DNA of 64,000 bases from Octopus sinensis. Lineage: Eukaryota. Made by a program: the position numbers and the translations under genes. The stretch covers positions 1-64,000 of the forward strand of contig NW_021833276.1 of NCBI RefSeq assembly GCF_006345805.1, in the 5' to 3' direction. Below the pieces are notes generated by a model, which saw only the letters and a program-made list of their open reading frames with translations, was not told the origin of the DNA and ran no database searches. Position 1 is the stretch's first letter. Each line of letters starts with the position of its first letter. Shown here in pieces: positions 39,744 to 54,500 of the stretch.

Positions 39744-41222
39744 TGGATATTATTACAGATGTGCGTGATACTCCAGCTACCTCGACGATAACGATCACTT
39801 CTGAACTCAAAGTTCCATGACCTACAGTGCCAGGACAGTTATCAACACGATGTTTTATAATGGCATTGAAGGATGTTCGTTTTCCGGTTTTGCTACCTTC
39901 TCTGTAATAGAGATAGACTCAGAGAAAATTGCAATCCAAGACGAGTCCTAGCAGTAGGAAGATACCAGAAATTCATTGTGAAAGATCTCCTTAAAGCTGA
40001 CTATTACAATCTTCTTAATTTTTTTTTATTTTGTCTTCTTCGATTCACTTCATATTCAGTAGGGTAGTCAAAGAGTTTGTCTCCTTGGTAAATGTTCTGA
40101 CAAGAAATAGAGATCCATCAGAGCTAATGTTCTTTTACAGCGCGCTGGTTCACCATCGAAAAAGTACTTCTGTGTTCCTGTATACAACTGATGGGTCGTG
40201 GTTAACACTGTATTGAGTTAACCCGACAATCAAGTTTTTTTCTTGTTTGCTTTCTATGTCCCCTTCTCACAAGGCTAAACTGGTTGTGGGGTCAATGTGT
40301 CTTAACGACCTCTCTATGTACTAGGCTCTTCTAGAATGTACTGGAGTGTCTCGGAACCAACGATGTTATCTGCCATATACACATAACATATAGAGATTTA
40401 TTCGTTCACTTAACTGTTACATACACACACACGCACATGTTCATCTTGATGCACACACATATACATACACAAAATTACACAGACATTCTCTCACACTCTT
40501 CTCACATATTCTCACACCTTTAATCATAGGCAAAGATGCATATACATACCTTACAAATATGTACACAAGTACACGTATACGCACAAACACGTTCATTTCA
40601 TTTTATTTTACATGACTTAGAAGAGCGGGTGGGAGAGGGGATTACCTGTGACATTTCTTTTTAGGGTACCCCGAGACTCCTGGGGTGAAGTGAAGGGGAA
40701 AAAGGCCAGATGATTTGGTCTGAATACGGAACATATCTAACGGCCACACAGTCACACAAATACCCCTAGAATCCACTCAGTGTTCAAATTTGAGTACCCC
40801 TAATTGGTTAATTGACAAAGCCCTCTTAATAAATGACCCCTTAATGTTTCCTTACGATCAAACTATTGTTTATATATTGGTTTCATTGTCTCTTTATTTT
40901 TTTAAGATTTGTTACATTGAGTATTGGAGCGTTGGGTGGGTGAGGTGAAGAATAAAGCGAAGGGAGCGGGAAAGTGGACATGTAGGAGAGAAGGGAGGTG
41001 AGAAACAAAGAGAAGAGAGAACAAAGAAGAGAGGGTGGGGAAGAGGGAGAAAGAGAATGACTGAGACACGGAGCAAAGCCAACAGTGACGCGTGCTAAGT
41101 ACAGGGCTTCGTTAGAAGATATACACTTTTCAATAAACAGCTAACACTTCAGGCTGTTTTTATATGTACAAACACACGCACACATGCATGTGTATACATA
41201 CATACATACATACATACATACA

Positions 41223-41254
<32 letters not shown>

Positions 41255-41499
41255 CATATTTGAATAATTGAATGAATTACCTTATTAAGGATAATTCAAA
41301 AGATAAGCGATACATACATACATACATACATATATATATATATACATGTGTATATATGAGTATAAAGATGTATATATATATGTATATATAGGCGCATAAT
41401 ATATATATATTATATATATATATATCTGTGTGCCGCTAGTGTATCTATTCACGGTTTTTATATTATAATATATATATGTATGTATGTATGTATGTAGTT

Positions 41500-41700
41500 A
41501 ATCCAAACATGAAAAAGACAACAACGCGAGGACGTGGAACAAATATAGTATTATTGGACGCTCAGGAAAGACGGAAAGAAGGAGGGTTTAACGTTTCGAA
41601 CGGTGCTCTTCGTCGGAAACATAGGAGAAGGAAAGATCCAGTGAAGGGAAGACGGAGGAAAAAAAATCGCCAATGGTACACACGCGGTCACATTTTAAAT
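41500..41700 (-). mobile_element. Short (TA)n-embedded repeat with an HHR-like motif at 41586-41620
   Basis: gttt-CCGACGA-a-gagc-acc-gttc-GAAA-cg-TT-aaac; U4 is replaced by C. Confidence 0.55.
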
Positions 41701-41749
41701 ATGTATGTATATACATATATATATATATATATATACATTCATGTATATA

Positions 41750-41788
<39 letters not shown>

Positions 41789-42547
41789 GCATTCTTTTAT
41801 TCTTTACTTTTTACTTGTTTCACTCATTTGACTGCAGCCATGCTGGAGCATCGCTTATTTATTAATATAGCAAATGTAAAAAAGTAATTCACTTCACGTG
41901 TGTGTGGTGTGTGCTGTGAATGTGTATATGTATGTATGTTTGCACGTGACTTCATTATGTAAATTTGTTTGTATGGGTGCATATGTCTATGACTTTATGT
42001 CGTGTGTTTGGGTGCTTGTGTGCATGTGTATATTGTATGTGCGTGCGTGTGCATTTGTGTGTGTGTGTGAATGTGATGTGATTCCTTGTCTTTCATTTAC
42101 CCTGTGTCTCTATATCTATGGTAGTAGTGTGTTGCGTGTGTGTTGCGTGTGTGTGTGTGCGTGTGTGTATGTGAGTGTGTGTGTGCGTGTATCGTGTGTG
42201 TGCACGCGGTATGATCCACCTATCTCATTGTAACTGTTTGCCGTTGTTACTTCACTGCTCAGACTGGTGCTGAATATGGTGCTGTTGTTATTGTTGTTGT
42301 TGTGGTTGTTGTTGTTATTCTTGATTTTGCTATCGTTTGATGTGTGTGACTGTGTGACTATTTCTTTTACTGTTTACCTTTTTTATAACTATCTTTTCTT
42401 GGCGTATATATATAATATATATATTATATAAATATATGCATGTATGTATGTATGTGTATATAATATATATATATATGCATGTATGAATGTATCTATGTAT
42501 TATGTATATACACACCACACCCACACACCACACCACACACCACACAC

Positions 42548-42580
<33 letters not shown>

Positions 42581-42760
42581 ATATTATATATAGTATATAT
42601 ATATATTATATTATGTGAAATAGAAAGATGAATAATCTTGTAGTAGATTAATCAAAAGTTTAACCGATACCTTAGTAGCAAAAATCACAGCAGTGAACAG
42701 CACGGTTGGAGGTACAACCATCTGGCGTTGCAACCGTGCGTTGGTGCGGATAATTGAAAT

Positions 42761-43066
42761 TAAAACATTATTGGTGAATTGAAGAAATGAGCTGAACGCA
42801 GATTGAACAGAAATCGTTTTATTTCATTCTACACGTTTTCGATCGAAGGCACAAAGTTCGATTTGGTTTTTGCTCCGCCTCTGTTCTGTTTTTGTTTTTC
42901 CAACGGATTTCCTTTTTTCTTCCTGAAGAGAAAGCCACAATATGGTCCCATTATTCAATCGGATTTTGGTAATTTGTGCCTTTCGAAACACGTGTATGAA
43001 TAATAAAAACGATTTCTGTTCAATCTGCGTTCAGCTCCATTTCTTCAATTCACCAATAATGTTTTA
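42761..43066. mobile_element. Inverted pLTR-like pair (arms about 95 bp) with an HHR on the + strand at 42917-43003
   Basis: 42761-42856 is complementary to 42973-43066; ttc-CTGAAGA-gaaagccacaa..ttgtgcctttc-GAAA-cacgtg-TA-t-gaa; ends in (TA)n. Confidence 0.72.
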
Positions 43067-43090
43067 TATATATATATATATATATTATAT

Positions 43091-43125
<35 letters not shown>

Positions 43126-43506
43126 GTGTATGTATGTATGTGTCTGTATGTGTGTGTGTATGTGATATTTCTTTCTTAGAATGGAATTGGCAAATAAAAG
43201 TGTTTGCGATGTACAGCAGCAGGATAAAGAAAGGCAGGTTTGAGTAGCTTGTGTGTCGTTGTAAGAAATGTGGGAACTTGCCCTCGGGGTGACCTTACTA
43301 AATTATAAAAGAACACTACCTTAAAAAAATATTAATAATATATATATATAAATATATGTATAATAAAACAAAAAGTAATAATAATAACAATAACAACAAC
43401 AATAATATTACTGCTACTAATAATAACGATAATAATAATAATATTAATAATAATAATAATAATGATGATAATAATAAAATAATAAATATAATAATATGAC
43501 AATAAC

Positions 43507-43573
<67 letters not shown>

Positions 43574-43702
43574 TGTAAAATAAAATAAATAAGCAAGTGT
43601 TATTTATTTATCGCATTTAATGGTGGTGGTGGTGGATTTAATGGTGGTGGTGGGTAGTGGCGACGGCGGCGGCGGCAACAGAGCAACAAAGTCAGCGGCA
43701 CC

Positions 43703-43746
<44 letters not shown>

Positions 43747-45503
43747 TAGTGGTAGTAGTAGTAGTAGTAGCAGCAGCAGCAGCAGCAGCAGCAACAGCAA
43801 CAGATGATGAGGTGGTGGTGGTGGTGGTGGTGATTGTGTGTGGGGTCGGCCCTGGATTGCTTCGTGTTGCGGTCGTGTTGATGAAGGTAATAATAATGGC
43901 TGCGGTTGTGAAAAGAGGCGAAAGCGGTTTAAGTAGTGAAAAATCATCAATACATGGCGTCGGTGTCAGTGGCAAGCAGCTCTGACGGCCTTTAAACGGT
44001 TCATCTTCCATTTATTATTGCTGTTGTTCTGTTATTGTTAATATTGAATGAATAAATTATGATAATGCATATTTATTTATTTATGTATTTAATTCGAACG
44101 AGTGAATAAATTTCTTAAACTGAAAATCACGTTATTGTTAACGAACTCCCGAGTTTTTATTATATGTCTTCCCACGTCCGGTTACGCGTGTGTATGTGCG
44201 TGTGTGTGTGTGCGTGTGTGCGTGTGTGCTTGTGTGAGTATGTGTGTGCGACAACGTGTGTGTGTGAGTGTGTGCACGTGCGGGTGTGCGGGTGTGTGTA
44301 TGCAAGTATGTGTGTGTGCGAGTACGTGTGTGCATGCGACAATGTGTGCGTGCGTTCGAGTACGTGTGTGTGCATGTGACTCTGAATGTTGCTTTTTCAG
44401 TGAGTGCAAAACTTTGGTCACGTTTTATGTATGCGCATAATTTATACATGTTTGTTGTTACGTGAGTTTATGTGCACATGCACGTACACTCACATATACA
44501 TACATACATACATACATACATACATACATACATACATACATACATACATACAATATATATATATATATATATATATTATGCGTATATATATATATATATA
44601 TATTATAGATATATATGCATAATATATATTACATATATATATGTGTATATATATATATAATATATATAAATTATAATATGTATGGTGTATGGGTACTGGA
44701 CATACCATCATGAAGTACGAAAACCAACGAGTTATGCGGGGCAGTGCATGTATGTATGTATGTATGTGATAGTATATACACATATATCTATATGAGTATT
44801 TCGATAGGTGAATGAATTATCCTATGTTTACCGTCAAACATGGAAAATTCGATGAACCGATACTAGGGTAGCAAATTCACGTCAGAAACACGGTTGAAGC
44901 AACCTGTCCAAGGGTAGAAACTCCGGGTTCATGTGCAGAAATTTGTGTGTTATATGTGAATAAATAAATAATTTATTCACATAGATCTATATGTATATAC
45001 CTACATATGTATATATGCACATATGTATCTATCAATCTATTTATCTCTCTACATGTGTGTATATGTGTGTGTGTATGTGTGTGTATATGTGTGTCTGTAG
45101 TGTGGTGTGTGTGTGTGTGTACATGTGTATGCAAATATATACAAAAATAAAAACATATATGAAAATAACAGATACATATACATACATCTCACAAGGCACT
45201 CTTCGCCATAATTTAACTTCAACGCGTTTCTGAATAAGTTATAGATCATTAACTAAATTCATTAGACCCATGGCAGCAATGGCTTTGTGAATATAACGAG
45301 ACTGGACAGAGAATGTCAGTTTCAGCATACGAAAGTGATATGTTTTTATTACCTTAAATCCTCGCCATAATATTAAGTTTTGAGATGCAGAAGGACAAAA
45401 GTCTTATAAGCCGAGATGTATCACCAATATTCAGTCTGAATATTGGTGCTACGGATCTGTTCCATTGGGAGACATCGTCTCTAGCTGGGCAAACGACACG
45501 ATG

Positions 45504-45544
45504 TGTGTATCGCGATTTCTGGGTTATTTCTCTTCATCAGCGCA
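45504..45544 (-). ncRNA. Decayed type I hammerhead ribozyme motif
   Basis: tgcg-CTGATGA-agagaaataaccca-GAAA-tcgcga-TA-caca; core and palindromic helix III are intact, helices I and II have mismatches. Confidence 0.5.
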
Positions 45545-46426
45545 GAATGATTGTTCAGCTTGCGGTGGCGCTGCCAAATTCCGCGTTCGAAATATATAGT
45601 TTTTAAAGTCACTGATCTAGTAATCTTCCCAATCATGAGATGTTTTAAACCTTTAAAACTACTAAATTGGGTAAGATGCAATTTGTTTAAAAGAAATCGT
45701 ATGTATTCTGTAGCAATTTATGTAGATTATAGATACATTACTAAACAAGGACTTCCTTTCAGTAAAGTTAATAAGCAAAATTAATGGGAACTAGGACCAA
45801 GTTTAAACTAAAAATAGAACGTGGCAGAAAAATCTGAGATAGATCATGTCAGAACATGCAGAGACACATATGTGTGTGTGTGTTTGTGTGTGAGAGTGTT
45901 TGTGTGTTTGTTTGTGTGTGTGCGTGTGTTTGTTTGTGAGTGTGTGCGTGCGTGTGTGTTCGTATGTGCGTATATATAATATACACACTCACGCAGACGT
46001 ACCTCTGTGGTAAGATGTTTGCTTCATAACCACAAGGTTCCGGGTTCTGTTTCATAGCGTAGAACCTCTGTGTGTGTGTATGTGAGTGAGTGGGTGTATG
46101 TGTATGTGTGTGAGTGTGTGTGCTTTGTGTTTGCCTCTGTCTTGTCCCCTGCCACAAAATCTGATAAAATAAGTACTAAGCTGTGAACAATATAAGTGCA
46201 GCAGTTGATTCAGTCGATTAAAATTCTTCAAGGTGGTATTCCAGCATGGCTGCAGTCTAATGACTGAAACAAGTAAAAGATAAAAGATATACATACAGGT
46301 ATTATTGTATGTATATATATATATATATGCATAATACGTGTATATACATATATATATAATAAATAATATATAATTATAACATATATATATATATATCTGT
46401 ACGTGTGTGTGTACGGATATATATAT

Positions 46427-46484
<58 letters not shown>

Positions 46485-46805
46485 TAATATATATATATAT
46501 ATACATATATATATACACATGCATACATATATGGGTACAGAACGTCACCAACGATGCAAATAACATGAAATACTTAAACAAAGGAGTTAAATATGTAAAC
46601 AACGAGAAAAAAGGGAAACGAGGACAAGTAAACCCAGAGAAAGGGCCCTTCATCAGTTGTCGGCTGTCTATCTACTCCTCGTCTCGAGCAGTCAACGACA
46701 ACATGAGTCTTCAAAGACAGTTGCTCCCATAAATTTTAAAATTAAATTTATAATTTATGGAGGGTCAAAGTTGGGAACAAAAACACGACAGTGGAGATAC
46801 ACACA

Positions 46806-47140
46806 CACCTTGATCACCTTGACCGACCAGTCCGTCAGGCGTCCATTTGACACCCCTGGTCACAGCACGCTGTCCACTCCTCTCTGGATCGCGCCCTTCT
46901 CATCCACGTGATCCCAATCGCCCTCTTAAAATCGTAACTCCACCGTCGTGGAGGCCTTCTGAGTGGTCGTTTCCGCTCGCGCGGGTACCACTCAACAACT
47001 GCGCGGGTCCACCGATTACCGGTGAGCCGGGTGACGTGTCCAGCCCATCTAAACTTGCTGCGTGCATACTCTGCGATGACATTCCTCACGCCGGACTTCT
47101 CTCTGATGACCACGCTACTGATGTGCTCTCTCAACAAGAT
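46806..47140 (-). mobile_element. RTE-clade LINE 3' end
   Basis: KFRWAGHVTRLTGNRWTRAVVEWYPRERKRPLRRPPRRW; short tandem tail (tcaaggtga)2. Confidence 0.88.
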
Positions 47141-47635
47141 TCCACACACATATGTAGTTTAGTTGAGTTGGAGGTTAAATTAACCGTCTAAGTGATAGAA
47201 GTATCCATTACAAATGTAAACATATGCTCATGCTCTATAAGGAAAGATAAGGTTAAGCATGGGTTTATTGGGAATGAAAATTTAAAGAAAACGCAATATA
47301 TATACATACGAGCTACTAATAATTTCTGCCATTAGAGACACGTGTTTCTTGACAGTTTTTACAACACGTCTTGTGTCTCCAAGCAATCTCTAGGTTTGAG
47401 CACATTATTTGAAGATTGCATGGAGGTACAAGACGTGTTATGTAAACAACCTACCTATATCCGTGTCTCCAAAGCAAGAAACTATTTGCAGATCGCATTT
47501 TTACACTTTCTACATTAAACGGTATTCATAGATAACTGGATGGAATACTTCTTTTAGTTGAACTTATCATGACAGAACAGAAAACTATACACACATACAT
47601 ACACACATACATACATACATACATACATACATACA

Positions 47636-47667
<32 letters not shown>

Positions 47668-47668
<1 letters not shown>

Positions 47669-48050
47669 GGCTGTGTGCAAAGTAACTCGCTTACCAACCA
47701 CATGGTTCCGGGTTCGGTCTCACTTTGAGCAAGTGTCTTCTACTATAGTCCCAGGCCGACCAAAAACTTGTGAGTAGATTTGGTTGAGGAAAATGAAAGA
47801 AGCCCGTTGTATAAGTGTGTGTGTGTATGTGTGTGTGTTGTGTATTGTGTGTCTGTGTTTGTCCCACCCACTATCACTTGACAACCGATGCTAGTGTGTT
47901 TGCGTCCCCGTAACTTAGCGTTTCGGCAATAATGACTGATAGAATAAGTACTAGGCTTACTAAGGGTGAGTCCTGGGGTCGATTTGTTTGCCTAAAGGCG
48001 TTACTCCAGCATGGCCGCTGTCAAATGACTAAAACAAGTAAAAGAGTAAA
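47668..48050 (+). mobile_element. tRNA-derived SINE, family 1 (diverged)
   Basis: Collinear with 27864-28272. Confidence 0.8.
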
Positions 48051-48061
48051 ACGATTATACG

Positions 48062-48109
<48 letters not shown>

Positions 48110-48364
48110 ATCCAAACGGGAAAACAAAAAAACAACAACAGTGGAACAATTACAGTATTATTATTAATAGGCGCTCAGGAAATATATATATACATACATA
48201 TACATATCTACGCACACAGTTCTCATTTGTTTGTGTTTGTGTTTGCGTGTCTGTGAGTACGGGTGCGTGCGGGTATGTGAGCGCGTTTGTGTGCGAATGT
48301 AAATATGTAAGCATCGGTTTGTAAGTTTATTCGCTATTTGCCCTTCATTTTCTGCCCTTCTTTC

Positions 48365-48569
<205 letters not shown>

Positions 48570-51500
48570 GTGTTCATTGTTGGATCGGCTCGTAAGTCAA
48601 TCGCCTTTTTTTTATTGTTTTTTGAAAAAGTTTCGTTTAAATTTTTGCACACGTAGTGTGTAAGACACCCAGGTTTCGTCTGGGTGTGTTTTCCGGAGAG
48701 GATTTTGCCCCCAGGGGCAATTTCAGCCTTGATTATATATCAACATTTTTGCTTCCTCATAACGCATAGCCGCTGTTTTCTCTCTTTCTCTCTCTGTGTT
48801 AAATCCATTTGTTTACGTTTTACATTTTCGGAGTTTTCAACTTTTCAAACGCCCAACTTTCGTTTGGGTGTTTTTTAAATGTAGAATTCGCCCCTAGGGG
48901 CATTTTCATCAATTGATTTTTTATTTCTCGATAAAAAAATGTCGAGAAATTTTATCGTAGAACAGTATTCTGCGATTTTTTCTAAGGAGGATTTTCATGC
49001 TTTGGAAAAGACAGTCAACAAAGACGCTGCTACAAAGAATGATAAGACTGTAATCAACACCACCACCACCAAAACCAAAACTATCACTGACACAACAACC
49101 GTTAACAATAACAACAACAAGAATAACAACAACAAGAATGAAGTAAATATAAATGCCCATGATGTTTCACAAGATTTAATTATCTCACATATTGGTGAAG
49201 ATATTATTAACATGAAAAAAGTACCAGTCCCTGAAAAAGCTACAAACACTACAACAACCAACAATAATTCTGATACAACAACAACAAAAACACACAACGA
49301 CAACAACTGCCAGAAGAGAACTGTGAATTTCGCTGACACCCTGCGTCAAAAAAGAGTAATTGTACATTTCACAAATGAAGAGTTGGTGGAGACAAGATTA
49401 CTCTTCACAACTTCAGGACAAAATTTAATTCTACACACACCACAGCATGTGAAAGAAGATATGGGGAAGAGAACAATTTTGTATAGAATTATTAAAAAAA
49501 TCCAAAAAAAAACAAAACAGAACAGGTAACAAAAGCAGACATTGAAAAATGAGCCAAGTATATTATGAATATAAAAACAATGAAAACTGGGGTCCCTAGT
49601 TTAATACAGTGGTGGTCCGCTTCCATAATCAGGAAGAGGCAAAAGCTCACTCTACGGAGACATTACAAAATGAAGAACTCATCATGGTCCCATATTACAT
49701 GGGACAAAGAGTGAGTAAGATAACAATAAAAAATGCCCCGCCCAAAATCACACCCAAATGGATAACATCGGCGATATGTTATCATTTAAAATCGATAAAC
49801 ATATTAGAAATCGCCGTGTTTAAAAATGATAATTGGAGTGGTAAATCGATAGAGGTGACCCTTCAAATCGATGGGTCTTATAGCGAGAACTTACCTAATA
49901 TTATATATTTGGAAAATGGCCAAAGCCTGTATGTGGTAGCGAAGGGTAAAAAACCACGATGTTACAGCAGATCTTAATTGCGAAGTGCATTCTAGGACAG
50001 AAAAAAAGAAAGAACAAATCAGAAAACAAATAAAAAACCCTTGTTACCAACATCAACACACTCAATTATGGAACAATGCCAAGAAAAACAACAAACCAGC
50101 AAAAAACCCCAACAACATCACCAAGAAAAGAAACAGCACCAACACAATCACCGTTGACGTCGCTACCAATTAAAGATACTGAACCAACACCAAAAGACAG
50201 ACCAACACCAGCACCAAGAACGACAACTAAGAAAACAGATAACAGTGATGAGTAGATAAATTCTACCTCTAACACCACAACAACACAAACACCGCACAAA
50301 ACATCAACAATTTCTACAAACATACATATTAACGCAAATGCTTTGCCTTTATCCCCTTCTGATTCGTCGGACTCGTCGTCCAACGACGAAAGTTCGACGT
50401 AATGGCAAATAGCCACAGGGGGTAAAAGGAAAAGATAAAAAAAGCCCACCAAGCAAGTAAGTAAAGCAGGGAGATATTTAACTCCGGACAGCATCCCCCT
50501 AGACAATAAAAAAATCAATGAACCCGCAAAACCACACACACAACTAACAGCAATAGACACAGACAATAAAAAACTAATGGATTACATTGCATCCAACACG
50601 AACATCTGTGAAGATGACTTTAAGACAAATAATCATCCGCGCATCACACCACCGAAACACGTAAGAATTGTACACATAACACAAACACAACACCATACAC
50701 TGAAAACAATATTTCCAAATGCGGTAGGGGGTTTTCAGAGATACCTCCCCAAAAAACTATACAAACATCTCCTCAAAGACACTACAAAAGGAGAAGGAAA
50801 AAATGAAACTTTCGAAACTTTCTTGCCTCTTGTCTCTTCCAATGTAGCGTGTGAAACACAAATTTCTTAAACGTCAATTATGCTTAAATTAGGTTGTGTG
50901 AATGCGCGTGACTTGGCGTCGACTTTGAAGCAAGGTTACCTTCTAAACGATATCAAGTCACTGGACGTGGATATAGTAGCTATCAGTGAAACTAGACTCA
51001 GCAAGCCGCGGGCGTTCGCGTCCATGTTTGGCGATCAATTCGACATTTATTTTTCTCCCCTCCTACCGAACATGGGTGGTGGAGGTACCGCGGTGCTTTT
51101 TCGAAAGAGTCTAAATGTAAAAGTAAGAACAATATTCCTAGACCCGGAGGGTAGGCTGGTTGTCTTGGACGTGGATGGCAGAAATGAGTGTGCATTCGGT
51201 CTGATGGCAGTTTAACGGGTCGGGCGGATTTCTTCAGACGTCTAGAGGTCTTCCTGGGTACGTCTAGACCTTTACTGTTAGTAGGGGATTGGAACGCTAT
51301 CTTGGACACGCATCTAGACTATGTGGGAATGGATAAGAACAGAAGGGGGTGTAAGTGCCTGAAAACCTACTCAAACGTTTCCATTTGGCTGACAGGTTCC
51401 GACTCGACCATCCGAACGTGCCAACGTGATTTTGGACAAACCGCGCCGGATCGTCGAGATCTTATCTAGATAGAATTCTATGCAGGTCAGCGGATAGGGA

Positions 51501-54500
51501 TAGTGTAGGATGTCCACAATTTAAAATAGTCAGCTACACAGATCACAAATTTGTGACGTGTACGCTCGACTTAGATAAGACACATAGACAGGAACCGGTT
51601 ACTGGAAACTGAACACGTCGCTCTTAGCGCGACAGGTTTACAGGAACCGGATTAGCGAGTTAATTAAGAAGGCGTTGGCGGGAGCCGTCGTTAACAACCG
51701 CTGCCCTGAAAATGGCAATAAAATCGGAATCAATTAGGTTTAGCAAGGAATTAGTGATAGATCGAAATAGAGTAGAGGGAGACCTGGTTAAGAAACTAGA
51801 AGAGGCACTTACCACTGGCAGCGCATCCAACGTGCTGGCTGCGAGGATGGTTCGACCAACACCTCAACGTCAAACACGAAGGTTGCGTCGTCAGAGCTAA
51901 AATGCGTGCCTTAAGGAACGAAGGGATCGAAGCTGCGTGAGAGGCCCGGGTAGCAGAGGCGCAACGTGGCAACAGAGCCACCATTCGGTCTCTAATAGAT
52001 CAACAGGGATGCAGTTTACTCGAACCCGAAAGGATGTGTGAGGCCATAGAACGGCACTTTGCTCGACTGTGTGGTGCGAGTGGTGGGTCGGAATGCGGGA
52101 TGGATTTCAGTGCCTACCTGACCGACCTGCCGCGACTCTCGGCAAGAGAAGCGGAGTGTTGTGAAAGCCCCATCACAGCCGCTGAAGTGCGGGATGCGAT
52201 GGCGGGCTGCGCGAGGGATAAGTCGCCTGGATTGGATAGTTTACCATACGAGCTGTATTGTCAAATACCCGACTTGTTTGGCGACCTCTTGGCATCAGTC
52301 TACTGCAACTGGCAATAAAACGGGAGAATCCCCGGTTTCGTGAGCTGAGGTGCAGCGACGTTGCTAAAGAAAGACTCAAGCAAGGGGAATTTTATAGATA
52401 ATTTCAGGCCCAGAACTCTGCTCAACGCAGATTTGAAAATTTTGGCCAAAGTAATAGCCGAGAGGTTGGTGCTTGTCATTGGTAAACTGGTCGACAGGGC
52501 GCAAACATGCGCCGTGCCGGCCAGAACCATACATGATAATCTCAATCTGATGCGCTACGTTGTGGACATGGTAGTTAAGGATCCTGGCATGGGTGGGGCG
52601 CTGATCAATTTGGATCAGTCTAAAGCCTTCGATAGGGTCGACCATCGGTACTTGGCGGCCGTCATCAGGGCGGCTGGTTTCGGTCCCGTCTTCCGCGGTT
52701 GGATCGCTGCCTTGTATAACGGCATCCGATAGGTGATTCGGATGAACGGTCACTTGTCGAAACCGTTTGACATCACGCATTCGCTCCATCAGGGATGTCC
52801 CCTGTCGGCGCTTCTGTATGTATTGACTTTCGAGCCGCTACTGCGGAAGCTGGCGACACTAAGGGGATTCCCACGGGAGCTGGGTTGCGAGACGAGCGTG
52901 TCGGCATATGCGGACGATGTCACTGTCATAATGTCGAGCGGAAAACACATCCAGATTATAGGCGAGACACTAAAAGAATACGAAACAGTGACGGGAGCGA
53001 AAATTAACCCGGAAAAGTATGTGGGTTTGATACTCAGCACCTGGAGAAGCAAGCCCATACCATCCGACTGCGGCTCAGTAGTGGGACGCTGGACGGACGG
53101 ACCGGTTAAATTGATCGGGGTATGGTTCAGTCCGGACCTCCAAATGGATAAGAACTGGGACGAAATCACGAGTAGAGTGGTCGCTCTCAGCCAAACATGG
53201 GCCGAGAGAAAGCTGTCTCTAAAAGGTCGGGCGGAGGTGGCGAACGAGTACATCGCATCTGTCATCGATTACCGCCTGACCGTCGTGCCTTGTCCCGACA
53301 CTACTATCACCAAACCGGAACGCATATTCTTCCGCTTCCTGTGGAAGGGTGGCGTTCCGATGGTGAGGCGGTCCATTTGCTGTCAATATCCGTTAAATGG
53401 AGGAATGGGAATGCCGCGGTTGATGATGCGCAGGCATGCGCTGAGACTGCGACATCTCTGGAACTTCATCGATGACGGTGAACAGGTGTGGGCGCCGTTT
53501 GTGAGGCGGGCCTTCCCGCAGCTTGTCTCACTGACCGAACTGCAAACGTGGATCAAGAAGAGACCGAAACTGGGCGATTGACACCGAGAGTGTCGCCAAG
53601 CTCTACAGCAGCTCTGCCGACCGGGGTCAAACTTGTGCAACTTGCAAACGACTAAAGCGTTCTATAGAGGACTAGTGGAGGAGAGGTCCGACGACACACT
53701 CGGGGCAAACCTGGGCGTTGACGAGAAATTCCTAACCCGCCTGTTCAGGACGACGTTCGGGCCGGGGCCTATGGATAACTTTCAGAGATCCCTGGTTTGG
53801 CGTTGCTATCGAGACGCACTACCTGTTCGAGAGAAGAGCTACAGGCACGGTTCGAAAACCACCATCGGACCGACCTGCCCGAGATACGGTCAGAACGACG
53901 AAACCGTTCTGCACGTACTCGTGCAGTGTCCAGATATTTCAGAGCTGTGGACCTTCGTCGAACAGCTGTTGTCGCGTGTAGGATGGGCCCGCTTATCTGC
54001 CAAGTCTATCGTGAATATTGTTCCACCACCTTCCTTTAAACGGGAAGGGAAAACGGTTTTCGTTACGCTGATGGCTATGGCGAAAGAACGTGTGTGGTGG
54101 ACGCGTTTGAAAGGACTGCAAACAAACACCTTCCTCTCTGGTCTGTCTCTCGTCAACTTTTTCAAGTACCACTTGAAAAGGAGGATGAGAATAGAGAGGA
54201 AGGCTTTGTCGAACGAATGTTTTAATAAAAAGTGGTTAAAAGTGGCAAAAATGGTCAGTATGAAAGACGACACTATTTTTTAAGCGTAAATCTGTAACCA
54301 AAAGAGACAACGAGATTAAGGTGACTTTCATGTGTTCATTTTCGAACTGTCTGAGGTGACCTTGGTCTTTTTTGTAGGTTTTCTTTCCAAGGCTACACCT
54401 AAACTGTGAACTTATATATATATATATGCTTTTTATACACCACGCAACCCACAGATCCCTATTGATCAAACGTTTTTTTTTTTGTGTCTCACCCACCACC

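Noticed and set aside
46532-46810. Repeat (also at about 10440-10615) containing ctgatga as a hammerhead
   Set aside because: I could not build consistent helices II and III, so it is left as an unclassified dispersed repeat.
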